Origin: an uncultured Verrucomicrobiae bacterium
GTDB taxonomy: Bacteria; Verrucomicrobiota; Verrucomicrobiia; Chthoniobacterales; JACTMZ01
Assembly: GCA_963776165.1 (NCBI GenBank)
Contig: CAVZLI010000001.1
Location: 130,658-194,657, forward strand
DNA: 64,000 nucleotides
Reading direction: 5' to 3'
Shown here: one piece after another, positions 35,572 through 45,002 of the stretch
Position numbering within the stretch: the first letter of the stretch is position 1
How the letters are laid out: every line of letters starts with the position of its first letter
Position numbers and translations under genes: made by a program
Notes under the pieces: model-generated
Databases searched by the model: none
Told to the model about the DNA's origin: nothing
The model's input: only the letters and a program-made list of their open reading frames with translations

Positions 35572-38043
35572 TCATGACTCGAAAAGATCGAGTTGGTCGG
35601 TGAAGGCGCGGAGTTTGTGGGGGCGTTTGCGTGTTTCGGCGAGGGCGGGTTTGCCTTCGGCGGTGAGCTCGGAGTTCTCGAGGTTCTGCAGAATTTCACG
35701 CGCGCGTTTGAGGATGGGCTCGGGGAGACCGGCCAGTCTCGCCACTTGGATGCCGTAGCTTTGGTCGGCAGGACCTTCGACGATTTTGCGGAGGAAGATG
35801 ACGTCGTCGTTCCACTCGCGGACGGCGACATTGCAATTGGTCGCGCCGGGACGGGTGCGGGCCAGGTCGGTCAGTTCGTGGTAGTGCGTGGCGAAAAGGG
35901 TCCGGCAGCCGATGGTGTCGTGGAGGTGCTCGGCCACGCTCCACGCGATGGAGAGTCCGTCGAAGGTCGAGGTGCCGCGGCCGATTTCGTCGAGGATGAC
36001 GAGGCTGCGGTCCGTGGCGTTGTTGAGGATGGCGGCGGTTTCGTTCATCTCGACCATGAAGGTGGACTGTCCGCGCGCGAGATCGTCGCTCGCCCCGACA
36101 CGGGTGAAGATGCGGTCGACGAGACCGATTTCGGCGGACGTGGCGGGGATGAAACTGCCGGTCTGGGCGAGAAGGACGAGCAGGGCGACTTGGCGGATAT
36201 AGGTGCTTTTGCCGGCCATGTTGGGACCGGTGAGAATGACCAGGCGGCGGCTTTCGGTGTCGAGTTCGGTGTCATTGGGCACAAAGCGTCCGGCCGGCAT
36301 CGTCTGGTCGAGGACAGGGTGGCGTCCGTCGGTGATCTTGATCGGTCCGGAGGCGCTGAGTTTCGGCCGGACGTAGCGGAAGGTGCGGGCGGTTTCGGCG
36401 AGCCCGGCGAGGGCGTCGATTTGCGCGACGGCGCGGGCGGTGTGTTGGAGGGATGCGAGTTCGGTGAGGACGGCGGTGCGGAGTTGCGAAAAGATTTCGG
36501 ACTCGAGGGCGCGGGCGCGTTCCTCGCCGCCGAGGATGCGGCCTTCCATGTCCTTCAACTCGGGGGTGATGAAGCGTTCGGCGTTGGCGGTGGTCTGCTT
36601 GCGGGTGTAGTCGTCGGGGACGGAGGCGAGGTTGGATTTGGTGACCTCGATGTAGTAGCCGAAGACGGAGTTGTAGCGGATCTTGAGCGACTTGATGCCG
36701 GTGCGGGCGATTTCGCGTTCCTGCAAGTCGGCGATCCACTGACGTCCTTCGGTCCCGGCCTGACGCAGGGAGTCGAGGTCGGGGCTATACCCTTCGCGGA
36801 TCATGCCGCCATCGCGGGTGTTCGGCGGGGGTTCATCGACCAAAGCCGATTCGAGGAGGGTGACCAGCGGGTCGAAGGTGCGGAGGTCGGCCGCGAGGGA
36901 GAGAAGCGGGGATGCCTCGTTGTCGGCCAAAGCGGCGCGCAGTGCGGGCAGGAGGGCGAGCGAGGTCTTGAGCGCGGCGAGATCACGGGCGTTGCCGGAG
37001 GCGAGGCTGAGGCGGGAAACGGCACGTTCCATGTCGCGGATGTCGCGAAGAATGTCGCGCACGGCGGACAAACGTGCGGCGTCATCGTGGAAGGCCGCCA
37101 CGAGATCCTGTCGCCGCGTGATGGCATCGAGGTCGCGGAGCGGGTGGAGGATCCAATCACGAAGGAGCCGCGCACCCATCGGCGTGAGGGTGCGGTCGAT
37201 GGCGCCGCGCAGGCTGGTGCCTTCGGGGCTGCGGGATTCGACAAGTTCGAGGTTGGCCTGGGTGACCACGTCGAGGAGGACGTAGGAATCGGGGTGCCAT
37301 GGTTTGGGCGGGGAGAGATGCTGCGCGTCGCGGCGAAGGCTGCGCGTGACATAGTGGAGGAGGGCGCCGGCCGCGGCAGTGCCGGCGGGCAGACCGCTGC
37401 AGCCGAAGCCGTCGAGCGATTGGACGCGGTAGTGGTCGCGGAGGAGGTCGGTGGCTTGGGTCAGGTCGAATGCGAAGGCATCGTGCGGCGTGGGAGAAAC
37501 GGGAAGCTCGGGAAGGGCTTTGTCGCCATCGGGCACGAGGATTTCACTGGGTTGCAAGCGGGCCAGTTGGTCGGCCAGAGCGGCGGGGGCGGCGATTTCC
37601 GCGAGTTGGAATTCGCCGGTGCTCAGGTCCAGCCAGGCGAGACCGGAGGATTTTTTGCCGGGCAAGACGGCGGCCAAGTAGTTGTGGCGGTTTTCCTCGA
37701 GTCCGAAATCGTCGAGGGTTCCGGCGCTGAGGATGCTGGAGACTTCGCGACGGACGAGTTTGCCGGGGGTGACTTCGCCGACTTGGTCGCAGATGGCGAC
37801 GCGTTTGCCGGCCTCGACCAGCTTGGCCACGTAAGCGCGGGCACTGTGGTAAGGGACGCCGCACATGGGGACGTCGTTGCGCTTGGTCAGGGCGACGTTG
37901 AGCACGGCGGAGGCCTCCCGGGCGTCGTCGAAAAACATTTCGTAGAAGTCGCCGAGGCGGAAGAGGAGAAGCGTGTTGGGGGGAAGCTCGCGCCGGATCT
38001 CCTGGTATTGGCGCATCATGGGGGTGAGCTTCGGGGCGGGCAT
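35572..38043 (-). CDS. mutS: DNA mismatch repair protein MutS
   Basis: 823-aa ORF with TPMMRQY, Walker A GPNMAGKST and the STFMVEM motif. Confidence 0.95.
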   Translation of the reverse strand: MPAPKLTPMMRQYQEIRRELPPNTLLLFRLGDFYEMFFDDAREASAVLNVALTKRNDVPMCGVPYHSARAYVAKLVEAGKRVAICDQVGEVTPGKLVRREVSSILSAGTLDDFGLEENRHNYLAAVLPGKKSSGLAWLDLSTGEFQLAEIAAPAALADQLARLQPSEILVPDGDKALPELPVSPTPHDAFAFDLTQATDLLRDHYRVQSLDGFGCSGLPAGTAAAGALLHYVTRSLRRDAQHLSPPKPWHPDSYVLLDVVTQANLELVESRSPEGTSLRGAIDRTLTPMGARLLRDWILHPLRDLDAITRRQDLVAAFHDDAARLSAVRDILRDIRDMERAVSRLSLASGNARDLAALKTSLALLPALRAALADNEASPLLSLAADLRTFDPLVTLLESALVDEPPPNTRDGGMIREGYSPDLDSLRQAGTEGRQWIADLQEREIARTGIKSLKIRYNSVFGYYIEVTKSNLASVPDDYTRKQTTANAERFITPELKDMEGRILGGEERARALESEIFSQLRTAVLTELASLQHTARAVAQIDALAGLAETARTFRYVRPKLSASGPIKITDGRHPVLDQTMPAGRFVPNDTELDTESRRLVILTGPNMAGKSTYIRQVALLVLLAQTGSFIPATSAEIGLVDRIFTRVGASDDLARGQSTFMVEMNETAAILNNATDRSLVILDEIGRGTSTFDGLSIAWSVAEHLHDTIGCRTLFATHYHELTDLARTRPGATNCNVAVREWNDDVIFLRKIVEGPADQSYGIQVARLAGLPEPILKRAREILQNLENSELTAEGKPALAETRKRPHKLRAFTDQLDLFES

Positions 38044-38155
38044 GGAGGGTTTTTATAAGACCGGAGGGCGGAAAGCGGAAACTTCAAAGCGGTCGGAGCG
38101 GGCGAGCCGACGCCCAGGGTTTGGCTTGTGGTGCCGGATTTGGCAGGGTGCGGGG

Positions 38156-39610
38156 GTGGGTGAACAAGGCATCAGCACGGCGGGGCGGATCGGGTTGGTG
38201 TTGGCGCCGGCGATCCTTGCTCTCGTCCTGCTGACCGCGCCGCCCGAGGGACTGAGCGTGGCGGCATGGCGGACGGCGGGGGTGGTGGGGGTGATGGCGG
38301 TCCTCTGGATGACGGAAGCGATTCCGATTCCGGTGACGGCCTTGTTGCCGCTGGTCTTCTTTCCGTTACTCGGGGTGGCGGGGGTGAAGGATGCCGCGGC
38401 TCCTTATGCCAACCCGGTGATTTATCTCTTTCTCGGCGGTTTCATCCTGGCGCTTGGGTTGCAACGCTGGCGGCTGCATGAGCGGGTGGCTTATTGGATC
38501 GTCGGCCACACCGGGGCGCGGGCCAGCCGCGTGCTGGCGGGGTTCATGGTGGCCACGGCTTTCGTCAGCATGTGGATCAACAACAGTGCGACGACGGTCA
38601 TGATGTTGCCCATGGCGGTGTCGGTCGCGGGGTTGTTCGCGGCGCGTCTGGGGGCGGACGAGAAGACGAAGGACGGTCTCGGGCTGGCCTTGCTGCTCGG
38701 AGTAGCCTACGCGGCGAGCATCGGCGGGGTGGGCACGCTGATCGGCACGGCGCCGAACGCGTTCATGGCGGGATTCCTCCGCGAGAACTACGGTTTGCGC
38801 GTCGGTTTCGCAGAGTGGATGCTGGTCGGCGTGCCGTTCGTCATCGCGGGCATCGCGGTGGCGCATGGAGTGCTGGCGAGAATGTGCCTGACCGACCGCC
38901 GGCTCGAGGTGCCGGGGCTGAGGGAGGAGGTGCGGGGCGAATTGACCAAGCTCGGACCATGGACGCGCGGGGAGAAGGCGGTGGCCGTGGTTTTCTGCGT
39001 GGCGGCGGTTCTTTGGATGGCGCAACCGTTGCTCAAACCGATCCTGCCGGGCTTATCCGATGCGGTGATCGGCATGGCGGCGGGAATCGCCCTGTTCCTC
39101 ATCCCGGTCGATTGGCGCCAAGGACAATTCGTCTTGGCGGCGCGCGACCTGCGTGATTTGCCTTTCGGCGTGCTCGTTTTGCTCGGCGGCGGATTGAGCA
39201 TGGCGGAGATGGTCGATGGCACGGGCTTGGCCGCGTGGCTGGGGACGTGGACGACCGGATGGCAGGTGCTACCCATCGCGTTGGTCGTGGTGCTGATCAC
39301 GTTGGGGATTGTTTTTCTGACGGAATTGACGAGCAACACGGCGACGACGGCGACGTTCCTGCCGGTGGTGGCTTCGGTGGCAGTGGGGATGGGGCAGGCT
39401 CCGATGGTGCTCGTGCTACCGGCGGCCATCGCGGCGAGTTGCGCGTTCATGTTGCCGGTGGGGACGCCGCCCAACGCGATTGTCTTTGCCAGCGGATTGG
39501 TTCCCTTGCCGCGCATGGCGCGGGTGGGTCTGGTGATGAATGTGCTTTTCGCCGCACTCATCCCGCTGGTTGTGCTGAGCTTGGGGATGTGGGTGTTCGG
39601 GTGGGACTGA
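38156..39610 (+). CDS. DASS/SLC13-family anion:sodium symporter
   Basis: ORF 37973..39610. The start must lie after the mutS start, so GTG 38156 or TTG 38126 are candidates. Duplicated hairpin motifs NNSATT and SNTATT are present, with many TM segments. Confidence 0.75.
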   Translation: MGEQGISTAGRIGLVLAPAILALVLLTAPPEGLSVAAWRTAGVVGVMAVLWMTEAIPIPVTALLPLVFFPLLGVAGVKDAAAPYANPVIYLFLGGFILALGLQRWRLHERVAYWIVGHTGARASRVLAGFMVATAFVSMWINNSATTVMMLPMAVSVAGLFAARLGADEKTKDGLGLALLLGVAYAASIGGVGTLIGTAPNAFMAGFLRENYGLRVGFAEWMLVGVPFVIAGIAVAHGVLARMCLTDRRLEVPGLREEVRGELTKLGPWTRGEKAVAVVFCVAAVLWMAQPLLKPILPGLSDAVIGMAAGIALFLIPVDWRQGQFVLAARDLRDLPFGVLVLLGGGLSMAEMVDGTGLAAWLGTWTTGWQVLPIALVVVLITLGIVFLTELTSNTATTATFLPVVASVAVGMGQAPMVLVLPAAIAASCAFMLPVGTPPNAIVFASGLVPLPRMARVGLVMNVLFAALIPLVVLSLGMWVFGWD

Positions 39611-39693
39611 AGGCGAAAAGCTGTAACTTGAGGCCTGAAAGAACAGGGGCGGCGTTGAAGCACCGCCGCTACGAGGGTTCGGTGTCGCGCGCG

Positions 39694-40437
39694 TTACTGC
39701 GGGCGGAACTCGACCTGCATGCCAATCTCGCGGTTGATGACGGTCTCGCCGCCTTGGATGTCGAGTTCGGGGAGCGGAGCGGCATCAGCGGCCATCATCA
39801 TGGCTGACCTTTGCATGGGGCGGGGTTCGAAATGACTCCCGGTGGCGTCGACGCTGTGGATGGAGACCCATTCGAGCTTAAGGGCCGTGAGCAGGGCGCG
39901 GGCTTGGGCCTCCCCGTCTTTGGCCGCGAGGGTGAGGGCTTCGTTCTCGGCCGCGCGGCGGGCTTCGGTGGTCGGACGAGTGAACATGTTCGAAACCGAG
40001 TTGGCTCCGGCTTCCATCATGGCGGAGATGAGGCGTCCGGCTTCCTCGACGGGTGATTCGTAACTGACCGTGACTTGGGCGACGTAACCGGTGATGCGCG
40101 GAGGCTGCGGGCGTTTGCCGGCTTCGGATTGCACCGGGGCGAATTGCGGGCGGATGGTCACGGCAGTGGTCTCGAGGCGCTGGACTTTGGGTTCCGCTTT
40201 GAGGGCGGTGACGACAGCCTGCGAACGCTTGGTGACATCTTCGCGGATGGGTGCTTCCTCGGGGCCGGCTGCTTCGAAGCCGAGTTGAACGGACGCGACG
40301 GTGTTGGCCACACGGACTTCGCCGCGGCCCTGCACGGTGAGCAGCGGCGGTTCGGGCGCCACGGGGCGGGGGAGCATTTGTGCGTGCAGCGGTGCAGCGA
40401 GGGCGAGGAGGAGGGGGAGGAGGGTGGTGGTCTTCAT
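39694..40437 (-). CDS. SIMPL (DUF541) domain periplasmic protein
   Basis: 247-aa ORF with the signal peptide MKTTTLLPLLLALAAPLHA and a SIMPL-like layout. Confidence 0.6.
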   Translation of the reverse strand: MKTTTLLPLLLALAAPLHAQMLPRPVAPEPPLLTVQGRGEVRVANTVASVQLGFEAAGPEEAPIREDVTKRSQAVVTALKAEPKVQRLETTAVTIRPQFAPVQSEAGKRPQPPRITGYVAQVTVSYESPVEEAGRLISAMMEAGANSVSNMFTRPTTEARRAAENEALTLAAKDGEAQARALLTALKLEWVSIHSVDATGSHFEPRPMQRSAMMMAADAAPLPELDIQGGETVINREIGMQVEFRPQ

Positions 40438-41486
40438 GATTTGGCGGCGGGAAGGTCGGGGTTGCGATGGCGTTGGCGTCCGCGGCGCCGGGCCAGCGCG
40501 CGCATGTCAACGGCCACATCGTCTTTCTCGTAGATTTCGCGTCCGATCAAGTGTTCGATGATGTCTTCGATCGAAACCACACCGACGAAACCGCCGTATT
40601 CGTCGACCACGGCCGCGGTTTGCTGGTTGGCGGAGAGAAGGGTTTGCAGGGCGCTGGCGGCGGTGGCCATTTCCGGGACGAACGACACGGGTTGTTGCAG
40701 GTCCTTGATTTTGCGTCCGCTCTGGCCCGTGGCGATGCTGTGCAGGATGTCACGGCGGCGCGCCATGCCGGTGATTTCGTCCAGGGTCCCGGAGTGCACG
40801 GGCATGCGACTGAAGCGGATGGTGGGGTGCTCGGCGAGGACGTCGCCGGCGGTCTGGTCGTCCTCGAGAGTGACGACCACATTGCGCGGGGTGAGGATGT
40901 CGGCCACCCGGGTGGTGGAAAGGCTGAGCGCGTTGTGGATGAGGTCGCGCTCGCCGCCGGTGAGGGTGCCTTCGCGCGCGCCTTTTTCGGCCAGCAGAAC
41001 AATCTCGCGATCGCTTCCACCGCCGTCGGGTTTGCGCCGGATGATGAAGCGCACCACGAGGTTGCAGATGCGGGTGAGCGGACGCAGGGTGCGCCGCATC
41101 CAGTAGAGGAGGTAGGCCGCGTGCTTTTGCAGGACTGTGCGGTAGGCTACACCGAGATTTTTCGGGACGACCTCGGAAAAAATGAGGATGCCGAGGGTCA
41201 TCAAGGCGGAGATGATGCCGAGGGAGGCCTCGCCGAAGAGTTTGGTCGCGATGCCGCCGACCATGACGGCGCCCAGCGTATTGGCGATGGTGTTGAGGGT
41301 AAGAATGGAGGAGATCGTTTCCTCCATGTGATCGCGGGAATCTTCGAAAATTTTCCCGCGGCGCGGATTCCGCTCCTTCAAAGCCTCCACTTCGGCGGTG
41401 GTCGAACTGAGGAACATGGCCTCCAAAAGGGAGCACAAAAATGAGACGCCGAGCGTGAAGGCCACGGCGAGAACAAAAGCAGTCAT
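40434..41486 (-). CDS. CNNM/hemolysin-family membrane protein (DUF21 + CBS pair)
   Basis: ORF 40434..41501 with an N-terminal DUF21 TM region and CBS-pair region. The start is 41486 or 41501. Confidence 0.75.
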   Translation of the reverse strand: MTAFVLAVAFTLGVSFLCSLLEAMFLSSTTAEVEALKERNPRRGKIFEDSRDHMEETISSILTLNTIANTLGAVMVGGIATKLFGEASLGIISALMTLGILIFSEVVPKNLGVAYRTVLQKHAAYLLYWMRRTLRPLTRICNLVVRFIIRRKPDGGGSDREIVLLAEKGAREGTLTGGERDLIHNALSLSTTRVADILTPRNVVVTLEDDQTAGDVLAEHPTIRFSRMPVHSGTLDEITGMARRRDILHSIATGQSGRKIKDLQQPVSFVPEMATAASALQTLLSANQQTAAVVDEYGGFVGVVSIEDIIEHLIGREIYEKDDVAVDMRALARRRGRQRHRNPDLPAAKS

Positions 41487-41597
41487 GGAAAGTTGGGGCA
41501 ATCTTAAGGGCCGGCAGCGGAGTCGGCAATCGTTTGCGCCTTGACTTGCCCGTCTCCCCGCGGACTCTGTGGGGCCCTTTTCAACAAATATGCCCTT

Positions 41598-43430
41598 ATG
41601 AAGCGCTTCTGTTTTTTCCTGTCCCTCCTCGTTGCCCCGGTCTGGGCCGGTGACGATGCCCCGGCCAAGCTCAACAATGTGCCCGAATGGGGCAAATCAG
41701 CCGTCTGGTACCAGATTTTCCCCGAGCGCTTCCGCAACGGCGACCCGTCGAACGACCCGACCCGGGACACCCTGGAAATGCACTTCCCCAATGTCGGCGG
41801 TTGGCAGGTTACGCCTTGGACGGCGGATTATTTCGTCCGTGATGAATGGGAGCAGGCGATCGGGGACAGCTTCTACGAAAACGGTGTCTTCCATCGCCGC
41901 TACGGCGGGGATTTGCAGGGGGTGATCGACAAACTCGACTACCTCAAGGAACTCGGCGTCACGGCGATCAAGTTCAACCCCGTCTTCTACGGACGCTCGC
42001 AGCACAAATACGACGGCAATTCTTTCCACCACATCGACCCGAATTTCGGGCCCGATCCCGAGGGCGACTTTGAAATTATCCGCAACGGCGGCGAGACGGC
42101 CGACCCGGCGACTTGGAAGTGGACCGCGGCGGACAAACTTTTCCTCGAGCTGGTCAAGCAGGCCCACGAGCGCGGTATCAAGGTGGTGATCGACGGCGTC
42201 TTCAACCACAGCGGCCGAGACTTTTTCGCCTATCGGGATCTCCGCATCAACGGCGAGAAGTCGCCCTACGCCGAGTGGTTCACCGTGCAGACCTTCGACA
42301 ATCCCGCCACGCGCCGCAACGAGCTACGCGTGACCGGTTGGGCCGGCTTCTTCACCCTGCCCGAATTCCGCAACAATGAGGAGGGCACCGATCTGCATCC
42401 CGGACCCAAGCAATACATTTTCGACGCGACCAAGCGCTGGATGGATCCGAACGGCGACGGCGACCCGAGCGATGGCATCGACGGCTGGCGCCTCGATGTG
42501 TCCGAGGAGGTGCCCGACAAATTCTGGCGCGATTGGAATGCCATGGTCTTCTCGATCAACCCCGAGGCCATCACCATCCCCGAGGTGTGGACCAATGCCG
42601 CGGAATACCTCAAGCGCACCGGCTTCTCCGCGGCGATGAACTACTACGCCTTCGCCATGCCGGTGAAAGCGTTTCTTATCGACAACAGCATCAAGCCGTC
42701 AGCCTTTGGTGATCTGCTCAACCAGCGTCGCGAGCAATTCCCGGCCGAAACGCAACTGGCTTTGTGGAATCTCACCGATTCGCACGACACCGACCGTCTC
42801 GCGCAGATGATCGTCAACCGCAACACCTCCGGCCAATACAAGAACGCGGAGAAATTCGATTACGACGAGCCCGGCAATTCGGCGCGCCAGAACGACCAAT
42901 ACCAGATCCGCAAACCGAACGAGGAAGAGCGCGCCATCCAGCGGCTCGTCACCCTCTTCCAGCTCACCTATGTCGGCGCCCCCATGTTCTACTACGGCGT
43001 CGAGGCGGGGATCTGGGGCGGGGACGATCCGGATTGCCGCAAGCCGATGCCTTGGCCCGACCTCAAGATGGAAGTGGAAAAGACCGACCCGATCGGGCGC
43101 GAGCGTCCGGAGGACGATCCGAATTTTGACAAGGAGGTGCACCAATTCTTCACCCGTGCCATCGCGCTGCACTCTGACAATACCGCCTTCAAAACGGCGG
43201 ACTTCGCCGTGCTGGTGGCCGACGACGAGAAGAATGTCTTCGTCTACAGTCGCGGAACGGGTGACGACCTGCGCGTGGTTGCGTTGAACCGGTCGGGCAC
43301 GGAGCAATCGGTCCAACTCGGGGTCCCGGCAGGCGAAGTCATCTTCACCAGCGGTGATGATGCCGCAGCGGTCAAACTGGGGGGCGAGCAATTGACGCTT
43401 CCGCCGCTGACCGGCGCAGTCCTCAAGTAA
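41598..43430 (+). CDS. secreted glycoside hydrolase family 13 (paralog of 22154..24007)
   Basis: ATG at 41598 gives MKRFCFFLSLLVAPVWA (signal). It carries the same GH13 regions: YQIFPERFRNGDPSNDP, YGGDLQGVIDKLDYLKELG, VVIDGVFNHSG, DGWRLDVS, DSHDTDR. Confidence 0.88.
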   Translation: MKRFCFFLSLLVAPVWAGDDAPAKLNNVPEWGKSAVWYQIFPERFRNGDPSNDPTRDTLEMHFPNVGGWQVTPWTADYFVRDEWEQAIGDSFYENGVFHRRYGGDLQGVIDKLDYLKELGVTAIKFNPVFYGRSQHKYDGNSFHHIDPNFGPDPEGDFEIIRNGGETADPATWKWTAADKLFLELVKQAHERGIKVVIDGVFNHSGRDFFAYRDLRINGEKSPYAEWFTVQTFDNPATRRNELRVTGWAGFFTLPEFRNNEEGTDLHPGPKQYIFDATKRWMDPNGDGDPSDGIDGWRLDVSEEVPDKFWRDWNAMVFSINPEAITIPEVWTNAAEYLKRTGFSAAMNYYAFAMPVKAFLIDNSIKPSAFGDLLNQRREQFPAETQLALWNLTDSHDTDRLAQMIVNRNTSGQYKNAEKFDYDEPGNSARQNDQYQIRKPNEEERAIQRLVTLFQLTYVGAPMFYYGVEAGIWGGDDPDCRKPMPWPDLKMEVEKTDPIGRERPEDDPNFDKEVHQFFTRAIALHSDNTAFKTADFAVLVADDEKNVFVYSRGTGDDLRVVALNRSGTEQSVQLGVPAGEVIFTSGDDAAAVKLGGEQLTLPPLTGAVLK

Positions 43431-43513
43431 GGGTGGCCTCGGGTGCCCAGAGGCCCCGCTAGGGCCGCGGACGGTGCTTTCTCCTTGCCGGAGAGGTCAC
43501 GATCATGCTAACT

Positions 43514-43528
43514 ATTAGCTGAGCTAAT
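43514..43528. promoter_or_regulatory. perfect 15-bp AT-rich palindrome overlapping the start codon of the carboxyltransferase gene
   Basis: ATTAGCT-G-AGCTAAT at 43514-43528. The ATG is at 43527-43529. Confidence 0.4.
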
Positions 43529-45002
43529 GAAACGCGTCGAGTTCACCAACACGGTGCTCCGCGACGGACACCAGTCCCTCGCTGCCACGCGGATGCGGAC
43601 CGAGCAGATGCTCCCGGCGTTGGCCGACCTTGACGCTCTGGGGTTTTACCAACTCGAAACGTGGGGCGGGGCGACGATTGATTCCTGCCTCCGCTATCTT
43701 GGGGAAAATCCCTTCGAGCGGATCAGCGCTCTGAAAAAAGGCGCGCCGAAGACCCCTCACGGGATGCTCTTGCGCGGTCAGAATATCGTCCAATACACCA
43801 GCTTCCCGGACGACGTGGTCGAGGCCTTCGTGCGCTGCACGGCGGATCGCGGCATGGACGTGCTGCGGATCTTCGATGCCCTCAACGACCCGCGCAACCT
43901 GGAGACATCCATCCGCACCACGCTCGCGGCCGGCAAGCAGGCCCGCGGGGAGATTTGCTACACCATCAGCCCCGTCCACACCGTCGAAGCCTTCGTCGAA
44001 TTCGGCGAGGACCTCGTCGATCTCGGCTGCCAATCGATCAGCATCAAGGACATGGCTGGGCTCATCACGCCCAAGATCGCCTACGATCTGGTCTCCGCGC
44101 TGAAAAAGCGCGTCAAAGTGCCGATCATCCTGCACAGCCACGACACCGCCGGTTTGGCCGCTTCGTCCTACCTCGCGGCGATCGAAGCGGGTGTCGATGT
44201 GGTCGAGACCTCCGTCGTTCCCTTCGCCAATGGCACCTCGCAACCGGATACGCTGCGCATGATGGCCCTGCTCGAGGGGAATCCGCGTTGTCCGGACTAC
44301 GACCGCGAGCGCCTTGCGCGCCTGCGCGGACACTTCGAAAAAGTTTACGCCGAGTTGAAGTCCTTCACCAACCCGGCCAACGAGCGGGTCGACGTCGACA
44401 TTCTGACCTACCAAGTCCCCGGCGGCATGCTGAGCAACTTCCGCAACCAGCTCAAGGAGCAGGGCATGGCCGAACGCTATGACGAAGTGCTCAAAGAAAT
44501 GCCCGTGGTGCGCCAAGCCCTCGGTTACATCCCGCTGGTCACGCCGACCTCACAGATCGTCGGCACGCAGGCCATGCTCAACGTCAAATTCGGACGCTGG
44601 AAAATGATCTCCCAGCCCGCCCAGGATGTCGTCCTCGGCAAATACGGAAAAACCCCCGGTCCGGTCGACAAGGAGTTGCTCGCGCAAGTCGAAAAACAAA
44701 GCGGCAAGAAAGCTGTCCAAGTCCGCCCCGCCGATTTGCTCGAACCCGGCCTTCCGGCCCTGCGCGACAAACTCAAAGAAAAGGACCTGCCGGACGACGA
44801 CGAGACGGCGGTTCTCTTTGCCATGTTTCCCGTTGAGACGGAGAAACTCCTGCGTGGCGAGAAGCCGTCCGCGCCCGCACCGGCACCGCCGGCCGCCGCC
44901 CCCGCCGCCTCACCGCCGCGTCCGGGCGCGCGTCCGAAAAAATATCTCATGCATATCGAAGGAAAAAAACACACCGTCGAGGTCGAGGAGGTAGCCGGAT
45001 GA
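43527..45002 (+). CDS. pyruvate/oxaloacetate carboxyltransferase (transcarboxylase 5S / OadA-like) without a biotinyl domain
   Basis: 491-aa ORF with TLRDGHQSL, a TIM-barrel HMGL-like region and the motif KDMAGL. The Pro/Ala linker ends in [19 protein letters not shown], with no AMKM biotin motif. Confidence 0.85.
   Translation: MKRVEFTNTVLRDGHQSLAATRMRTEQMLPALADLDALGFYQLETWGGATIDSCLRYLGENPFERISALKKGAPKTPHGMLLRGQNIVQYTSFPDDVVEAFVRCTADRGMDVLRIFDALNDPRNLETSIRTTLAAGKQARGEICYTISPVHTVEAFVEFGEDLVDLGCQSISIKDMAGLITPKIAYDLVSALKKRVKVPIILHSHDTAGLAASSYLAAIEAGVDVVETSVVPFANGTSQPDTLRMMALLEGNPRCPDYDRERLARLRGHFEKVYAELKSFTNPANERVDVDILTYQVPGGMLSNFRNQLKEQGMAERYDEVLKEMPVVRQALGYIPLVTPTSQIVGTQAMLNVKFGRWKMISQPAQDVVLGKYGKTPGPVDKELLAQVEKQSGKKAVQVRPADLLEPGLPALRDKLKEKDLPDDDETAVLFAMFPVETEKLLRGEKPSAPAPAPPAAAPAASPPRPGARPKKYLMHIEGKKHTVEVEEVAG

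Noticed and set aside
39630-39670. Possible bidirectional terminator hairpin (GCGGCG-ttgaagcac-CGCCGC) between the convergent DASS transporter and SIMPL genes
   Set aside because: The stem is short, and there is no U-tract on either strand. It is too weak to call.
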